DNA of 64,000 nt, taken from the NCBI RefSeq assembly GCF_006345805.1, contig NC_043023.1:1674001-1738000 (forward strand). The letters are read 5' to 3'. Shown piece by piece: positions 40,100 through 53,836 of the stretch; the stretch's first letter is position 1, and each line of letters opens with the position of its first letter. Position numbers and translations under genes: made by a program. Origin of the DNA: Octopus sinensis. Lineage: Eukaryota. The notes below the pieces were generated by a model. It saw nothing but the letters and a program-made list of their open reading frames with translations, made no database searches and was not told the DNA's origin.

Positions 40100-40640
40100 T
40101 GATTAGCAGCATTGCGCTCATAACCAGAAGATCCCCGGTTCAATTCCTGGCCCTGGAACGGCACAATGAATCCTTAAGCAAGACACTCTATTTCACATTG
40201 CTCCAGCCTGCCCAGTCACCCAAGTGCTACTCCAGTCCTCTCTCCTTCCACATTCTGAATGAGCAAAAACCTGGCACCAACATTGTGTCCTTCAGCAAGA
40301 CACTCCATTTCACATTACTCCAGTCTGCTCAGCTGTAAACGTGTACCACCCAGGTGCTACTCAAGTCCTCTCTCCTTCCACTCGTCACATTCTGAATGAG
40401 CAAAAACCTGGCACCAACATTGTGTCCTTCAGCAAGACACTCCATTTCACATTACTCCAATCTGCTCAGCTGTAAACGTGTACCACCCAGGTGCTACTCA
40501 AGTCCTCTCTCCTTCCACTTGTCACATTCTGAATGAGCAAAAACCTGGCACCAACATTGTGTTCTTAAGCAAGACACTCCATTTCACATTACTCCAGTCT
40601 GCTCAGCTGTAAATGTGTACCACCCAAGTGCTACTACAAC
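40100..40640 (+). repeat. CORE-SINE-derived 137-bp tandem (3 units)
   Basis: cacattctgaatgagc at 40249, 40386 and 40523; each unit carries the CORE-like motif. Confidence 0.85.
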
Positions 40641-40855
40641 CCTCTTTCTCTCTTCTTTCAGTTGTCACATCCTGAGTATTCTTCTGCAACAAGCTGTGAG
40701 TCACCCAAGGGGCAGGGGAATGGTCTACACCTGCTCATGATAATAAAGGCACCTAAAGCTTTTAGCAAAAGTATTGAACATGCTTCCAAGTAATACTTCT
40801 TTGTAGGTGGTGGCCATGGTTTTTGGTGAGTACTGAACAAGATATAATGTCTATA

Positions 40856-41375
40856 AGGCGGTGAGCTGGCAGAATCGTTAGCATGCCAGGTGAAATGCTT
40901 AGTGGTATTTTGTTTGCCGCTACATTCTGAGTTCAAATTCTGCTGAGGTCGACTTTGCCTTTTATCCTTTCGGGGTCGATTAAATAAGTACCAGTTATGC
41001 ACTGGAGTCGATGTAATCGACTTAATACCTATGTCTGTCCTTGTTTGTCCCCTCTGTGTTTAGCCCCTTGTGGGTAATAAAGAAATAGGTATTTTGTTTG
41101 CCGCTACATTCTGAGTTCAAATTCTGCTGAGGTCGACTTTGCCTTTTATCCTTTCGGGGTCGATAACTTAAGTACCAGTTATTCACTGGGGTCAATGTAA
41201 TCAACTTAATCCCTTTGTCCTTGTTTGTCCCCTCTATGTTTAGCCCCTTGAGGGCAATAAAGAAATAAGAATCTTTAGCACTCCGAATGAAATGCTTAGC
41301 TGTATTTCATCTGCAGTTACGTCCTGAGTTCAAATTCCGCCGAGATCAACTTGTGGACAATAAAGAAATAAGAAA
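40856..41375 (+). mobile_element. SINE family B, tandem multimer
   Basis: Second unit restarts at ggtattt (41088); partial third unit from ~41270. Confidence 0.85.
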
Positions 41376-41690
41376 TAATGTCCATGCCTTTTGTAGTTCT
41401 TTCTGAAAAAAAAAATTGTGAAATTGATGCCATTAATGTTCCACTTAGTGGCAAGCTGGCAGAATCCTTACCAATGATTCTTTCAACTCTTTAGGTTCTG
41501 AGTTCAAATTCCAGGAAGGTCAACTTTGCATTTTGTCCTTTGTGAGATCAATGAAGTAAGGTATCAAACAAGAACTGGTCTTGAAGGAATCAACTGGACC
41601 CCTCCTCTCAAAATTGCTAGCTTTGTGCAAAAATGAGAAAGAATTAATGTTCAGCTTAAAGTGTGGTCCAAAAAGGGAAAAAAGAAGAGT

Positions 41691-42080
41691 AGGAGTGGCT
41701 GTGTGGTAAGTAGCTTGCTAACCAACCACATGGTTCCGGGTTCAGTCCCACTGCGTGGCATCTTGGGCAAGTGTCTTCTACTATAGCCCCGGGCCGACCA
41801 ATGCCTTGTGAGTGGATTTGGTAGACTGAAACTGAAAGAAGCCTGTCGTATATATGTATGTGTGTATGTTTGTGTGTGTGTGTTTGTCCCCCTAGCATTG
41901 CTTGACAACCGATGCTGGTGTGTTTACGTCCCCGTCACTTAGCGGTTCGACAAAAGAGACCAATAGAATAAGTACTGGGCTTACAAAGAATAAGTCCTGG
42001 GGTCGATTTGCTCGACTAAAGGCGGTGCTCCAGCATGGCTGCAGTCAAATGACTGAAACAAGTAAAAGAGTAAAGAGAGT
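41691..42080 (+). mobile_element. tRNA-derived SINE family A
   Basis: Full-length match. Confidence 0.9.
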
Positions 42081-42679
42081 CAGATTGCTCAATCGGTTGC
42101 TTGGTTGGATGCTGGTAGAGTAGCTATGCTGGTAATAATGGCAGAGGTTGAGTAACAAAGGGAGTTAAAGCAAACATGCAAGAGAAAGAGCACAACAAGG
42201 AAAGTTAGGAAAATGAAGATGGTATGGATTCCAAGGTAGAGAAGGAAAACATTTATGATTGCAGCTGAGTTTATGACATCACTGCATCTTTGGTTACCTC
42301 ATTCTCTCATTCCTCACACTCTTTCTCTGAAGAAGTTTTCAAGAAGGTTCTAGTATATAAAATAATAACAGCATAACTAACTATAGGCGCAGGAGTGGCT
42401 GTGTGGTAAGTAGCTTGTTTACCAACCACATGGTTCCGGGTTCAGTTCCCCAGGAATAATACCAATGTTTTCTTCGAAACATATGTCGGAAGTATAAAGA
42501 TTTGAATAACATAAAGATTTGAATAACACATGCATTTAACTCCATTTCTTAATTTATCTATGCCATATAAAAACATTTCACTAAACCCTGGAATTTCTAC
42601 CTTTATAAGTAGGTTGTCACATTTCTGGAACTTAAGTGAATTTTTGCTACCCTTCTCCAGCTGACTATTAACACTCTAA

Positions 42680-42860
42680 CAGCATCCTCAATTGATATTA
42701 TGTTAAACAGTCTTATGTCCAAATGCGTTTTTTTTCAATATTCACTTTTGCTTGCAATAGCCAGTTCTTTTGGTTAAACTATTGTATCTCCAGCTGATAC
42801 AGATGCCAAGATATCAAAAATTGTCAAAGTCTGGGACAATGGTTTTCTTTGGAACAATGA
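42680..42860 (-). pseudogene. Possible decayed hAT transposase C-terminal fragment
   Basis: Broken frames give ASVSAG and LFNIISIED, reminiscent of the hAT dimerisation domain. Confidence 0.3.
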
Positions 42861-43057
42861 AACTATTTTTCCGTTTTCTGAAAAAGCAGCATTTTGGACT
42901 TACAACACTTTAGCAAAATAGCAACAGTATACATATTTATGTAGATACATATGTGTGTGTGTATATATGTATGTATATATGTATGTATGTATACATATAT
43001 ATAGATATGTATATATGTATATATATATTTATAGATAAGTATATATATATATACGTG

Positions 43058-43089
<32 letters not shown>

Positions 43090-43325
43090 TATGTATGTGT
43101 GTGTAAATACATGTATACACATGTGCGTGTGTACATATATGTTTATGTACGTACAATTGTAGGAATAATTGAATATATACAAACACACACATTCATAAAC
43201 ACTTATACACATATACGTATTAATAGATAACTTTATACATATATATATACACACACACACAATTGTATATATATCTATATTTGCATGAGTATATTCATAC
43301 ACATATACATACACACTCAGTCTCA

Positions 43326-43359
<34 letters not shown>

Positions 43360-44010
43360 ACACATTTTAATTCAATTTCTTTAAAAATCTTTTGTACATT
43401 CTTTTCCCATAATTTTCTCATCAATATTTCCATCATTATTTGCCTCTGTTGTTTACAACACAACCTGATCCCATCTTACCTACACTTCCCTCCAGCCCTG
43501 CCCACCCTGTCTGACTATCTGTACAACAACCCCACAGTCCTTTCTCTACTGGCTCCCCACCCCTGTCAATACCTCAACACCCACCCCAGTCTGTCTGTAG
43601 CGTAATTGTTTTATAATTGTCTGCGGAAAGTGAGGGAGGGCAGGGTTGGGTTGGAAGTTGCGTTGGCGGTGGCGGTGGTGTGTTTGAGACGAAGGGGCTG
43701 GATGAGGGGGTATAGACATATAGCGAGTGAGGTAGGTGGGTGGGATGAGACAGTGAGGGTGTGGCACTGGTGTTAGGGTAGGTGTTGGTTTTCCAATAAA
43801 CAAGGTGGGACAAACGGGGGGGGAGAGGGGGGAAGGCCTCAAGAAGACAGAGAAGTAATGACACAATCAGACACACACACACATACATACGCATACATAA
43901 ACATACACAAACAGACTCACACATATGCACACGTAAACAAACCCATACACACACACAACACATAGACAAGCACATACGCAAACATAAACACATAAATATA
44001 TATATGTATA

Positions 44011-44081
<71 letters not shown>

Positions 44082-44162
44082 GTGCATATATATATATATA
44101 TACATATATATATACATATACATATACATATACATATGTATGTATGTATATATGTATATATA

Positions 44163-44377
44163 TATTGTACGATAGAAACAGGAAAGTGATATTTTTTTCA
44201 AACACAGTACTGCCATTAGAGCAGCAGAAATAATGGGTAATATTACCCTTACAAAGTAGAAAAAGTTGTCAACAAACACCCATGGGAATTGAACCTACAT
44301 TCCCCCACTATTTCTCCTGCTCTAATGGCAATGCTGCATTCGAAAAAATATCACCTTTTTGTTTGTATCGTACAGTA
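44163..44377. mobile_element. MITE with ~75-bp imperfect TIRs, TA-flanked
   Basis: ta ttgtacgatagaaac..aatggg / cccacta..gtttgtatcgtacag ta. Confidence 0.75.
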
Positions 44378-44517
44378 GTTAGATATATATATATATATAT
44401 GTAAAAGTTAAAAAATATACAAACGGGACAAGAACGTGAAACATTTAGAAGACGACACAAAAAACACGGACGGGACATTCGAAGCCCTCAATCATCAGTC
44501 AAGAACCGGATCATCTT

Positions 44518-44556
<39 letters not shown>

Positions 44557-44568
44557 TATATATATATA

Positions 44569-44974
44569 GGCGCAGGAGTGGCTGTGTGTTAAGTAGCTTG
44601 TTTACCAGCCACATGGTTCCGGGTTCAGTCCCACTGCGTGGCACCTTGGGCAAGTGTCTTCTACTATAGCCTCGGGCCGACCAAAGCCTTGTGAGTGGAT
44701 TTGGTAGACGGAAACTGAAAGAAGCCTGTCGTATATATGTATGTACATATATATATATGTGTGTGTGTGTTTTGTGTGTCTGTGTCTGTCCTCCTAGCAT
44801 TGCTTGACAACCGATGCTGGTGTGTTTATGTCCCCGTTACTTAGCGGTTCGGCAAAAGAGACCGATAGAATAAGTACTGGGCTTACAAAAGAATAAGTCC
44901 CGGGGTCGAGTTGCTCGATTAAAGGTGGTGCTCCAGCATTGCCGCAGTCAAATGACTGAAACAAGTAAAAGAGT
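44569..44974 (+). mobile_element. tRNA-derived SINE family A
   Basis: Full-length match. Confidence 0.9.
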
Positions 44975-45467
44975 AATATATATATATACATACACACACA
45001 CACAAACACACACACATATATGTATTTAAATACATATATCATCATCATCTTCTTCATTGTTTAACATCCGCTTTCCATGCCGGCATGGGTTGGACAGTTT
45101 AACTGAGAACTGGCAAGCTGAGAGGCTGCACCAGCCTCCAATCTGCTTTGGCAAGGTTTTTACAGCTGGATGTCCTTCCTAATATGCCAGCCACTCCAAG
45201 AGTGTAGTGGCTGCTTTTATGTGCCAGTGAAACTGGCATCAGACACACTCAAATGATACTTATTATGTGCCACTGGCATAGGTGCTAGTCAGGCGGCACT
45301 GGCATTGGCCACACTTGAATGGTGCTTTTTACATTCCATTGGCAGAGGTGCCAGTCAGTCTAGCTCTTCAGATCAACTGAATATCATGGTTATATTCATC
45401 ATTTCATTAAACTTTCTACTTTTCCCTCTCTATTAATACTTCTAGGTTATTAATGGTAAACTATCAG

Positions 45468-45500
<33 letters not shown>

Positions 45501-47332
45501 TGTTATGTGTAATCTTCATTTCCACCACCCCTCACTGTTTCTTTTTAATATCCTACTAAATCTCTTGCCCTCCCCTCTATAGTAAGCAGTTTTATTAATT
45601 ATTGTCTTCCACATAGAGGTGCAGGAGTGGTTGTGTGGTAAGTAGCTTGCTTCCCAACTACATGGTTCCAGGTTCAGTCCCACTGCATGGCACTTTGGGC
45701 AAGTGTCATCTACTGAAGCCTTGTGAATGGATTTCGCAGATGGAAACTGAAAGAATCCTATAGTATCCTCATCATCATTGTCTATCATCCATCTTCCAAG
45801 CATGCATGGGTAGGACAGTTGACAGGTGCTGGCCAGGTGGAAGACTACTCTAGCCTGCTGTGTCTGTTTTGGCAGGGTTTTTACGGCTGGATGCCCTTTC
45901 CTATCATCAAACTCTCTGCAGAGAAGACTCAATGCTTCTCATGTGGCACTAGCACAGGCAAAGTCAGTTTTGGTATGATTTTTTTACAACTGGATGCCCT
46001 TCCAAATGCTAACCACTTTACAGTATGGACTGGATGCTTTTTCATGGCAGCAAGTAGCTTGCAAGACAAAGAATTAAAAGAGGGGCAGGGGCATTTGAGG
46101 AACGGAACTTGTGTCTGAGGATGAAAGGTTAGAGTTTGACAGAGAGACAGAGAGGCAGAAACAGGTGTGTTGCTATAACAGAGGGGGTACTGGAGGAGGT
46201 GACCTAGTATCAAATGATGAAAGGTTATAGTGTTACAGAGAAATAAAGAGGCAGAAATAGGTGTCTTGCTCTAATGGAGATATATGGTTACCCAGTGAGA
46301 GAGAGAGAGAAAAGAAAGACAGAGAGAAGAGAGGGAGAGGAAGTGAGAGAGGGGAGATACAAGAAAGAGGACACACACACACATGTATGTATGTATGTAT
46401 GTATGCGTGTCTGTGTCTGTATTTGTCCCCCATGGTCATTCATGACCAAAGGGGGTCTTTAACCTTCACCCTATGCACATATAATAGCATGGAGTGAGGA
46501 GACTTGTATGCATGGGTGACTGCTGGTCTTCCATAAACAACCTTGCCTAGATTTGTGCCTCCAAGGGGAACTTTCAAGATGCAATCCCATGTTCATTCAT
46601 AACCAAAGGGGTTCTTCACCCTTTCTTCTACTCCCTCACTCCATCACACCATCTTCTTTCTCACCCCTCTCCCTCTCTACTACTCGGGTACCCGTAAATC
46701 TGCTTTACTGCATGACATTTATCTCTGTCCCACTATTCATACTCTGACCTCTCCTCTCAAGGCACAAAGCCACTGCTATCGATACTGTTCCCTCCGCACT
46801 CAGCTGAAGGGTCTTGTTTGGCAAGTTACCTGGTGACCTCACTGGTGTTGGTGCCACATGAACAAATCCCTGTACACTCTGTAAAGTGGTTGATGTTAGG
46901 AATGGCATCCTGATGTACAAAGCATTGTCAAGTCAGACAGTGGAGCTTGATATGGTCCTCTAACTCATCAAACCCTGTCAAACCATTCAACCGGTGCCAG
47001 CATGGAAAATGGATGTCAAATGATGATGATGAAGAGTTTCAATCTACTAAATTCACCCAGAAGCCATTGGTCATCTTGGGGCTTTTGTGGAAGATACTCA
47101 TCTGATTTATGCTGTTATAGAAAGACATTAAATGATGATGATGATCACTTCTGAACAGTTTCCATCTACTATTGATTAATATATATATATACGACAGGCT
47201 TTTTTCAGTTTCCGTCTACCAAATCCACTCACAAGGCTTGGTTGGCCCGAGGCTATAGTAGAAGACACTTGCCCCCCAAGGTGCCACGCAGTGGGACTGA
47301 ACCCGGAACCATGTGGTTTGTAAGCACTCCAA

Positions 47333-47371
<39 letters not shown>

Positions 47372-47801
47372 CTGCTGCTCGGTAATTTAACTTCCAACTT
47401 TTACCAAACTCTAAAATTGTGGAATATCAATGCAGAATAAGAAAAAAAAATATTTCTGAGATAAAATAAAATAAAATAAAATAAAAAAGAAAACAGAAAG
47501 AAAGCATAAACTAGAATAAAATTAAGAAACATTTTCAGTTGTTACCAAGTTAAATTTAACCAAAAAATACGCAATACTGAATGTTTAACAGAAACCTGAA
47601 AAACACAACTTATCTGAATTAAAATGGAAAATATATGTGCATATATTTACATAAATTTGCATACAAAATAATGACATAGTCCTATATAGTAAGTAAAATG
47701 TCCTATTGTTGTTTGTTGCTGTTGTAGTCTGTGCACATTATGCTACTTGGGTTTTGGTGTACTCTGGTGCACAGGCGACCCCTTGAACCCATATAAATTT
47801 T

Positions 47802-49530
47802 ATCATCATCATCATTGTTTAAAGTCTTTTTCCATGCTGGCATGGGTTGGATGGTTTGACAAGAATTGGCTAAGCAGAAGACAGCACTAGGCCTCAGTGT
47901 CTGTTTTGGCATGGGTTTTACTGCTGGGGGCCCTTCCTAACACCAACTGCCCTGTAGAGTGGACTGAGCACTTTATACATGACACGAGTACAGGCGAGGT
48001 CAGTTTTGGCATGGTTTTTATGGCTGGATACCCTTCCTAACACCAACTGCCCCGTGCGTAAGTGACTGAGTGCTTTTTACAACGTCACCAGTACAGGTGA
48101 GGTCCGTTTTGGCATGGTTTTTATGGCTGGATGCCCTTCTCACAACACCACCACTGCCCCGTAGAGTGGACTGAGTGCTTTTTACACGTCACCAGTACAG
48201 GTGAGGTCCGTTTTGGCATGGTTTTTATGGCTGGATGCCCTTCCGAACACCACTGCCCCGTAGAGTGGACTGAGTGCTTTTTACACGTCACCAGTACAGG
48301 TGAGTCCGTTTTGGCATGGTTTTTATGGCTGGATGCCCTTCCTAACACCAACTTGCCCCTAGTGGACTGAGTGCTTTTTACACGTCACCAGTACAGGTGA
48401 GGTCCGTTTTGGCATGGTTTTTATGGCTGATGCCCTTCCTAACACCAACTGCCCCGTAGAGTGGACTGAGTGCTTTTTACACGTCACCAGTACAGGCGAG
48501 GTCAGTTTTGGCATGGTTTTTATGGCTGGATGCCCTTCCTAACACCAACTGCCCTGTAGAGTGGACTGAGCACTTTATACATGACACGAGTACAGGCGAG
48601 GTCAGTTTTGGCATGGTTTTTATGGCTGGATACCCTTCCTAACACCAACTGCCCCGTAGAGTGGACTGAGTGCTTTTTACACGTCACCAGTACAGGTGAG
48701 GTCCGTTTTGGCATGGTTTTTATGGCTGGATGCCCTTCCTAACACCAACTGCCCCGTAGAGTGGACTGAGTGCTTTTTACACGTCACCAGTACAGGTGAG
48801 GTCCGTTTTGGCATGGTTTTTATGGCTGGATGCCCTTCCTAACACCAACTGCCCCGTAGAGTGGACTGAGTGCTTTTTACACGTCACCAGTACAGGTGAG
48901 GTCCGTTTTGGCATGGTTTTTATGGCTGGATGCCCTTCCTAACACCAACTGCCCCGTAGAGTGGACTGAGTGCTTTTTACACGTCACCAGTACAGGTGAG
49001 GTCCGTTTTGCATGGTTTTTTATGGCTGGATGCCCTTCCTAACACCAACTGCCCCGTAGAGTGGACTGAGTGCTTTTTACACGTCACCAGTACAGGTGAG
49101 GTCCGTTTTGGCATGGTTTTTATGGCTGGATGCCCTTCCTAACACCAACTGCCCTGTAGAGTGGACTGAGTGCTTTTTACACGTCACCAGTACAGGTGAG
49201 GTCCGTTTTGGCATGGTTTTTATGGCTGGATGCCCTTCCTAACACCAACTGCCCTGTAGAGTGGACTGAGTGCTTTTTACACGTCACCAGTACAGGTGAG
49301 GTCCGTTTTGGCATGGTTTTTATGGCTGGATGCCCTTCCTAACACCAACTGCCCTGTAGAGTGGACTGAGTGCTTTGTACATGTCACCAACACAGGTGAG
49401 GTCAGTTTTGGTATGGTTTTCACAGCTGGATGCCCTTCCAAATGCCAACCACTTTGCAGTGTGGACTGGATGCTATTTACGTGGCACCAGCACTGGCAGG
49501 GTCTCCAAGTAACTTACAAGACAAAGATCC
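47802..49530 (-). repeat. Family C element with a 90-bp internal segment amplified ~17 times
   Basis: Unit gttttggcatggtttttatggctggatgcccttcctaacaccaactgccccgtagagtggactgagtgctttttacacgtcaccagtacaggtgaggtcc. Confidence 0.95.
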
Positions 49531-50380
49531 TTTGAGAGGGGATGTGACATTGAAGGAGGTGATATTGTGCCAGATGATGAAAGGCTATATTGAGACAGAG
49601 AGGCAGAAACAGGTGTCTATGTTTAGAGGAGATACATGTTCACCTGGCCAGGGAGAGAGAGAGACTGATCGAGAATGAGGACAGAAACAGCTGTGCTACT
49701 GTAAAGGATATACATGGTTACCGAGCCTGAGGGAAAAGCAAGAGAAAGAGTGAGAGACTGGGACACAGTAAGAAGGAGCAGGATAGAGATGGTGGTGAAA
49801 TGCTGGGCATACTCATAAGAGATGGGGATCAAAATATAAATCGGATGGTAGAACAGAAAAATAAAAAGAAAATGGTGACATGTGTGAGGGCATGCCCTTG
49901 TGCTATAGAGGTCATAATATAAGTGGCTGGGCATTGCTAATGAAGCATGAGTAAAGAGTGGGGACGTAAACACACCAACATTGGTTGTCAAGCAATGGTG
50001 GGTGGGGGACAAACACAGACACAAAGACACACATATAAATATAAATATACATATATACAATGGGCTTCTTTCAGTTTCCACCCACCATACCAAATTCAGC
50101 AGACCAAGAATGCCTTAGTTACATGATGGTTCAGTTGTCTTTTGGGATTTACAAGTAAACTCTCTGCAGATCTGAGTTGTAATGAGTGATGAAGCCAGAA
50201 GCACAATAAAAAAGCCCCAAATGTTTCAAGAAATAAAATGGTCAAGTAAGAAAAAGAAAGGATGCGGTCAAATATTTGGGAGTGAGAATCATATAAGGTT
50301 GTATGGAATGAAGAAAAGGAGAGGGAATGAAAGAGGAAGAGATAGGAGTAAATAGTTGCTGTCTTTAAGAGGAAAGAATG

Positions 50381-50602
50381 TATTTCTTTACTGCCCACAA
50401 GGGGCTAAAAATAGAGGTGACAAACAAGGACAGACAAAGAGATTAAGTCGATTACATCGACCCCAGTTGGAAACTGGTACTTTATTTATCGAGCCCGAAA
50501 GGATGAAAAGCAAAGTCGACCTCGGCGGAATTTGAACTCAGAACGTAACGACAGATGAAATACGGCTACACATTTCGCCTGGCGGGCTAACGTTTCTGCC
50601 AG
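50381..50602 (-). mobile_element. SINE family B, monomer
   Basis: Match to other copies. Confidence 0.85.
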
Positions 50603-50902
50603 AAGAATGGTTGTTATATTAAGCTAGGATGGGTAAAAATAGTAGTGGATAGTGAATAGCACTGGTACTGATGGCCACTTGACTACATCAAAGTAAACAT
50701 ACACATTCAGGCACCTGTGCATGCACACATACACACACTTCACACCCGTAGTATCAACCTAAGAATATACAGATATATGAGCATACTTGCACACACAGAT
50801 ACACAAACAAATGTGTTTTTATGCGTGTGAGTGTGTGTGTGTATATATATGTGTGTGTGTGTGTGTGTAAAAATAATATGTGACAATTATTCGGCAGCCA
50901 TG

Positions 50903-50961
50903 ATAAAACTCCAAGTTTTGGATGTCGGGGTGGAAACCCACGCGGCCATCTCTTCAGTTAT
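50903..50961 (-). ncRNA. Hammerhead motif with G12->A
   Basis: auaa CUGAAGA gaug...cauc c AAAA cuugga GUU uuau. Confidence 0.5.
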
Positions 50962-51378
50962 ACGGCCATCAAAACAAATGCTATGAAAATGACCATTAAA
51001 ACAAAGGGAAATTACTGTGTGATTGACCGTTATTAAGACAAAAGAGCTATTAGAATAAGGGCTAAGTACGGGTAGGGAGTAAAGATAAGGGATTAAAAAT
51101 GTTCATAGTATTCGCATAAGTGCACATGTCCATACCTGCACATACGCATCTGCACACCCACATACATGTGCCTATAAGTATATACTCATCCACCCTCACT
51201 TGAAACACACACATACTCACCCACACATTCGCCAAAAAATATATACATACCCGCATACATGCTCACGCACACACACACGTGCACAAAAAAGGTTCATACA
51301 CATGTCTATATATGCACATGCACAAGAAAAAACAGGAAAATCATGTTTGTTTCACCATTTCTATATATATATATATAA

Positions 51379-51749
51379 CTAGCAGTATCGCCCGGCGTTG
51401 CTCGGGTTTGTAAGGGAAATAACTATAAAGCATTTTTAGAGAGTTATAGCCAAAAAATAGCAAAAAAATGGAAAAAGAAAGATGGTAAATTTTTTTGAGA
51501 GTTAAAAAGGTCGAGTTGCGTCCCCTAGACAGTCTGTGGTTTGTGTTTCTGATTACGAATTTATCGATTTTTTTCAGAACTGGGGGAACTTTTCAAAATT
51601 TTCGCTGCGTTAGTTTTGAATTATGACATTGGGCTATGTGTGTGTCAAGTTTCATCAGAATCAGTTGAAAGCCATGGTCAGGGTGAGGGTACAACCTAAC
51701 AGACACACAGAAACACACACAGACAAACTGCCATTTATATATAGAGAGA
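51379..51749 (-). mobile_element. Non-autonomous Helitron, complete
   Basis: Minus strand A|TCTCTCTATATATAAA ... cccgagcaacgccggg hairpin, cgatactgCTAG|T; no TSD. Confidence 0.85.
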
Positions 51750-52126
51750 TGTATTGTTCTGTGATAGAAAATTCAACAAAAAAAAGTACTCCATCTCAAA
51801 GAGTACAGATTCCGTTCAGATCTAAGATCCGTAACTCTCTACCGAACTCTAGGTCTGAAATTTTCAGCAGTTGCAAGCATATGTATAAATATATTTTGAA
51901 AAATTAGAAAATTCCACATATTCCTGATTAATTTGTTGATCTCTTTCCAACCTTACAATTTAAGAGCTAAGGAGGATAACTCTTTTACCTTTTATATTTT
52001 TTCACTTTTTATATTTTAGTTTTCGTGTTTGCATTTCCAATTTTTTTTTGCTTCTGTGTGATTTCTGTATGTTGCCTTTTCAGTTTTCTTTTATTTCTTC
52101 ACTTATTCAATTTTTTTTTTTACTTT

Positions 52127-52181
52127 GTGCCTGATGAATATGCTTGAGATATTTCTCAACATATGAAACTATCAGTAACAC
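52127..52181 (+). ncRNA. Type-I hammerhead motif, intact core
   Basis: gugc CUGAUGA auaugcuugaga-uauu-ucucaacauau GAAA cuauca GUA acac; 11-bp helix II. Confidence 0.7.
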
Positions 52182-52219
52182 TTGAAGACATGTATTGTAT
52201 CCTTTAAATAAATTATATA

Positions 52220-52622
52220 GGATCTTTCCACTTTGACCAGCAGATTTAAAAAATAATTTCTAGGTAACTAAACACTTTTAAACTTCATATACTGGCAGAA
52301 TGTGTCACATAAAACATCTTTTTCTCTTGGCATTCTTGAGAAAATTCTGTAAACATTGACAAACGAAATATACACCGCCAGAACTTCTTGTTGACAAACA
52401 GCAATAGTAATTGTATTCACCTCAATAGACGTCATTGATTGGTTGAAATTGCCAAAATATGAGAAATTTAACAACAAATAGCTTACAAACTACAGAATTT
52501 TCTCAAGAAAGCCAAGAGAAAAAGATGTTTTACGTGACACATTCTACCAGTATACAAAGTTCAAAAGTGCTTAGTTACCTAGAAATTATTTTTTAAATCT
52601 GCCGGTCAAAGTGAAAAGATCC
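52220..52622. mobile_element. MITE with ~130-bp TIRs (possibly PIF/Harbinger-like)
   Basis: ggatctttccactttgacc..ttctgta / tacagaa..ggtcaaagtgaaaagatcc. Confidence 0.8.
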
Positions 52623-52752
52623 ATTATACATATGTGTGTGTTTATACATAAGAGCATTGTAGTTTGCTTGAAGCATTATAGTACTGAAGTAGAAAATGAC
52701 AGAAAAAAGAAATATGGAAAACTTCTAGCAATGCAGAAAATTTTACTGAAAA

Positions 52753-52790
52753 CCTTTATATTTCAGACAGAAAGGCACATCTTCAGGAGG
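52753..52790 (-). ncRNA. Degenerate minimal hammerhead motif
   Basis: ccuc CUGAAGA ugugccuuucugucu GAAA ua UA aagg; helix II not formed. Confidence 0.35.
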
Positions 52791-52861
52791 AAGCAGTTAA
52801 AGATATGTGTATTCACAGATATTGTTAGAAGCTTTAATTATTTCTTTTTTGTTTCATTTTC

Positions 52862-52898
<37 letters not shown>

Positions 52899-53187
52899 AT
52901 GTACAATATATGGATTTATATAATCCAGCAATAATCCCCCAAAAGCTCCTTTAATGGATCAGGCTACAAACCACATAGTAAACCAATACATAGGAGTAAT
53001 GTAGAGTCCCTTAGCAGCTGAAACCCTGTAAACCAAACCAGTGAAGAGTATTTCATAAGGAGTATACAGAATGGAAATTAAGTCAGGAGGTATGAGATGA
53101 ATACATTTATTTCACCTGTTGGTATCCATAGGATGTTGACTGTTTTGCAGCTAACATCAAGGTAAAGGAATTTATTTTAGTGTATGA

Positions 53188-53579
53188 TTAGCAGTATCAC
53201 CCGGCGTTGCTGGGGTTTGTTTCAACCCTTTAGAATTGGAATTTTTGAAAAGTAAAAATTTTGCATTATGTAGCTTGTTATTCTCTTTAAGTGAACATTT
53301 TTTCAGGTTGAAATACACCGAAAAATGACGACACAGCAGTCAAAAAATCGTAAAAAAATAGGGATTTTCATAGAAAAAAAGCACCTTTTTGATGTAAATA
53401 ATTTTTGGTGTTAACATGGTCTGATTTGAAAGTTTTTCTTCTACGGAAGGAAGAGCAAGCCTTCTTCTATCATACTGTCAATTTTGGTCAACTTGACCGC
53501 AGGTTCTCGGAGGAGATAGTGTTAGTTGAAGGCTACCAAACCTGCCATACACAGACAACTTCAGCTTTATATATATAGA
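53188..53579 (-). mobile_element. Non-autonomous Helitron
   Basis: A|TCTATATATATAAA 5' end; 3' hairpin ccccagcaacgccggg, then tgatactgCTAA|T. Confidence 0.8.
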
Positions 53580-53836
53580 TAAATTATTTTACATGTTTGT
53601 ATTAGTGTATAGTACTATTGTACATATTACAAGTTAATACAGGTACATGAGGCTAGCTCATCAGATCAACACAGCATCATGGTTACATCAATTTGGCTAT
53701 CAACTGGTGAAATAAATATATTCATCTCATGCCTCTTGATTTCTTTACACCCACCCACCCCACACACACACACATGCAAATGAAAAGGCAAGAACACCAA
53801 CAAACTTCAATATGATGAATTCCAAAAGAAAAATAC

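Noticed and set aside
39183-40106. 307-aa poly-Asp ORF with hydrophobic ends, resembling an acidic biomineralisation protein
   Set aside because: It is a (GAT)n tract flanked by (GTT)n-like repeats, open in several frames, with a non-ATG start; similar tracts arise from family C tails
53645-53670. Minus-strand CUGAUGA near the STPG2 donor
   Set aside because: No GAAA or helix III follows; likewise the CUGANGA hits near 3630, 6587, 45365 and 59155
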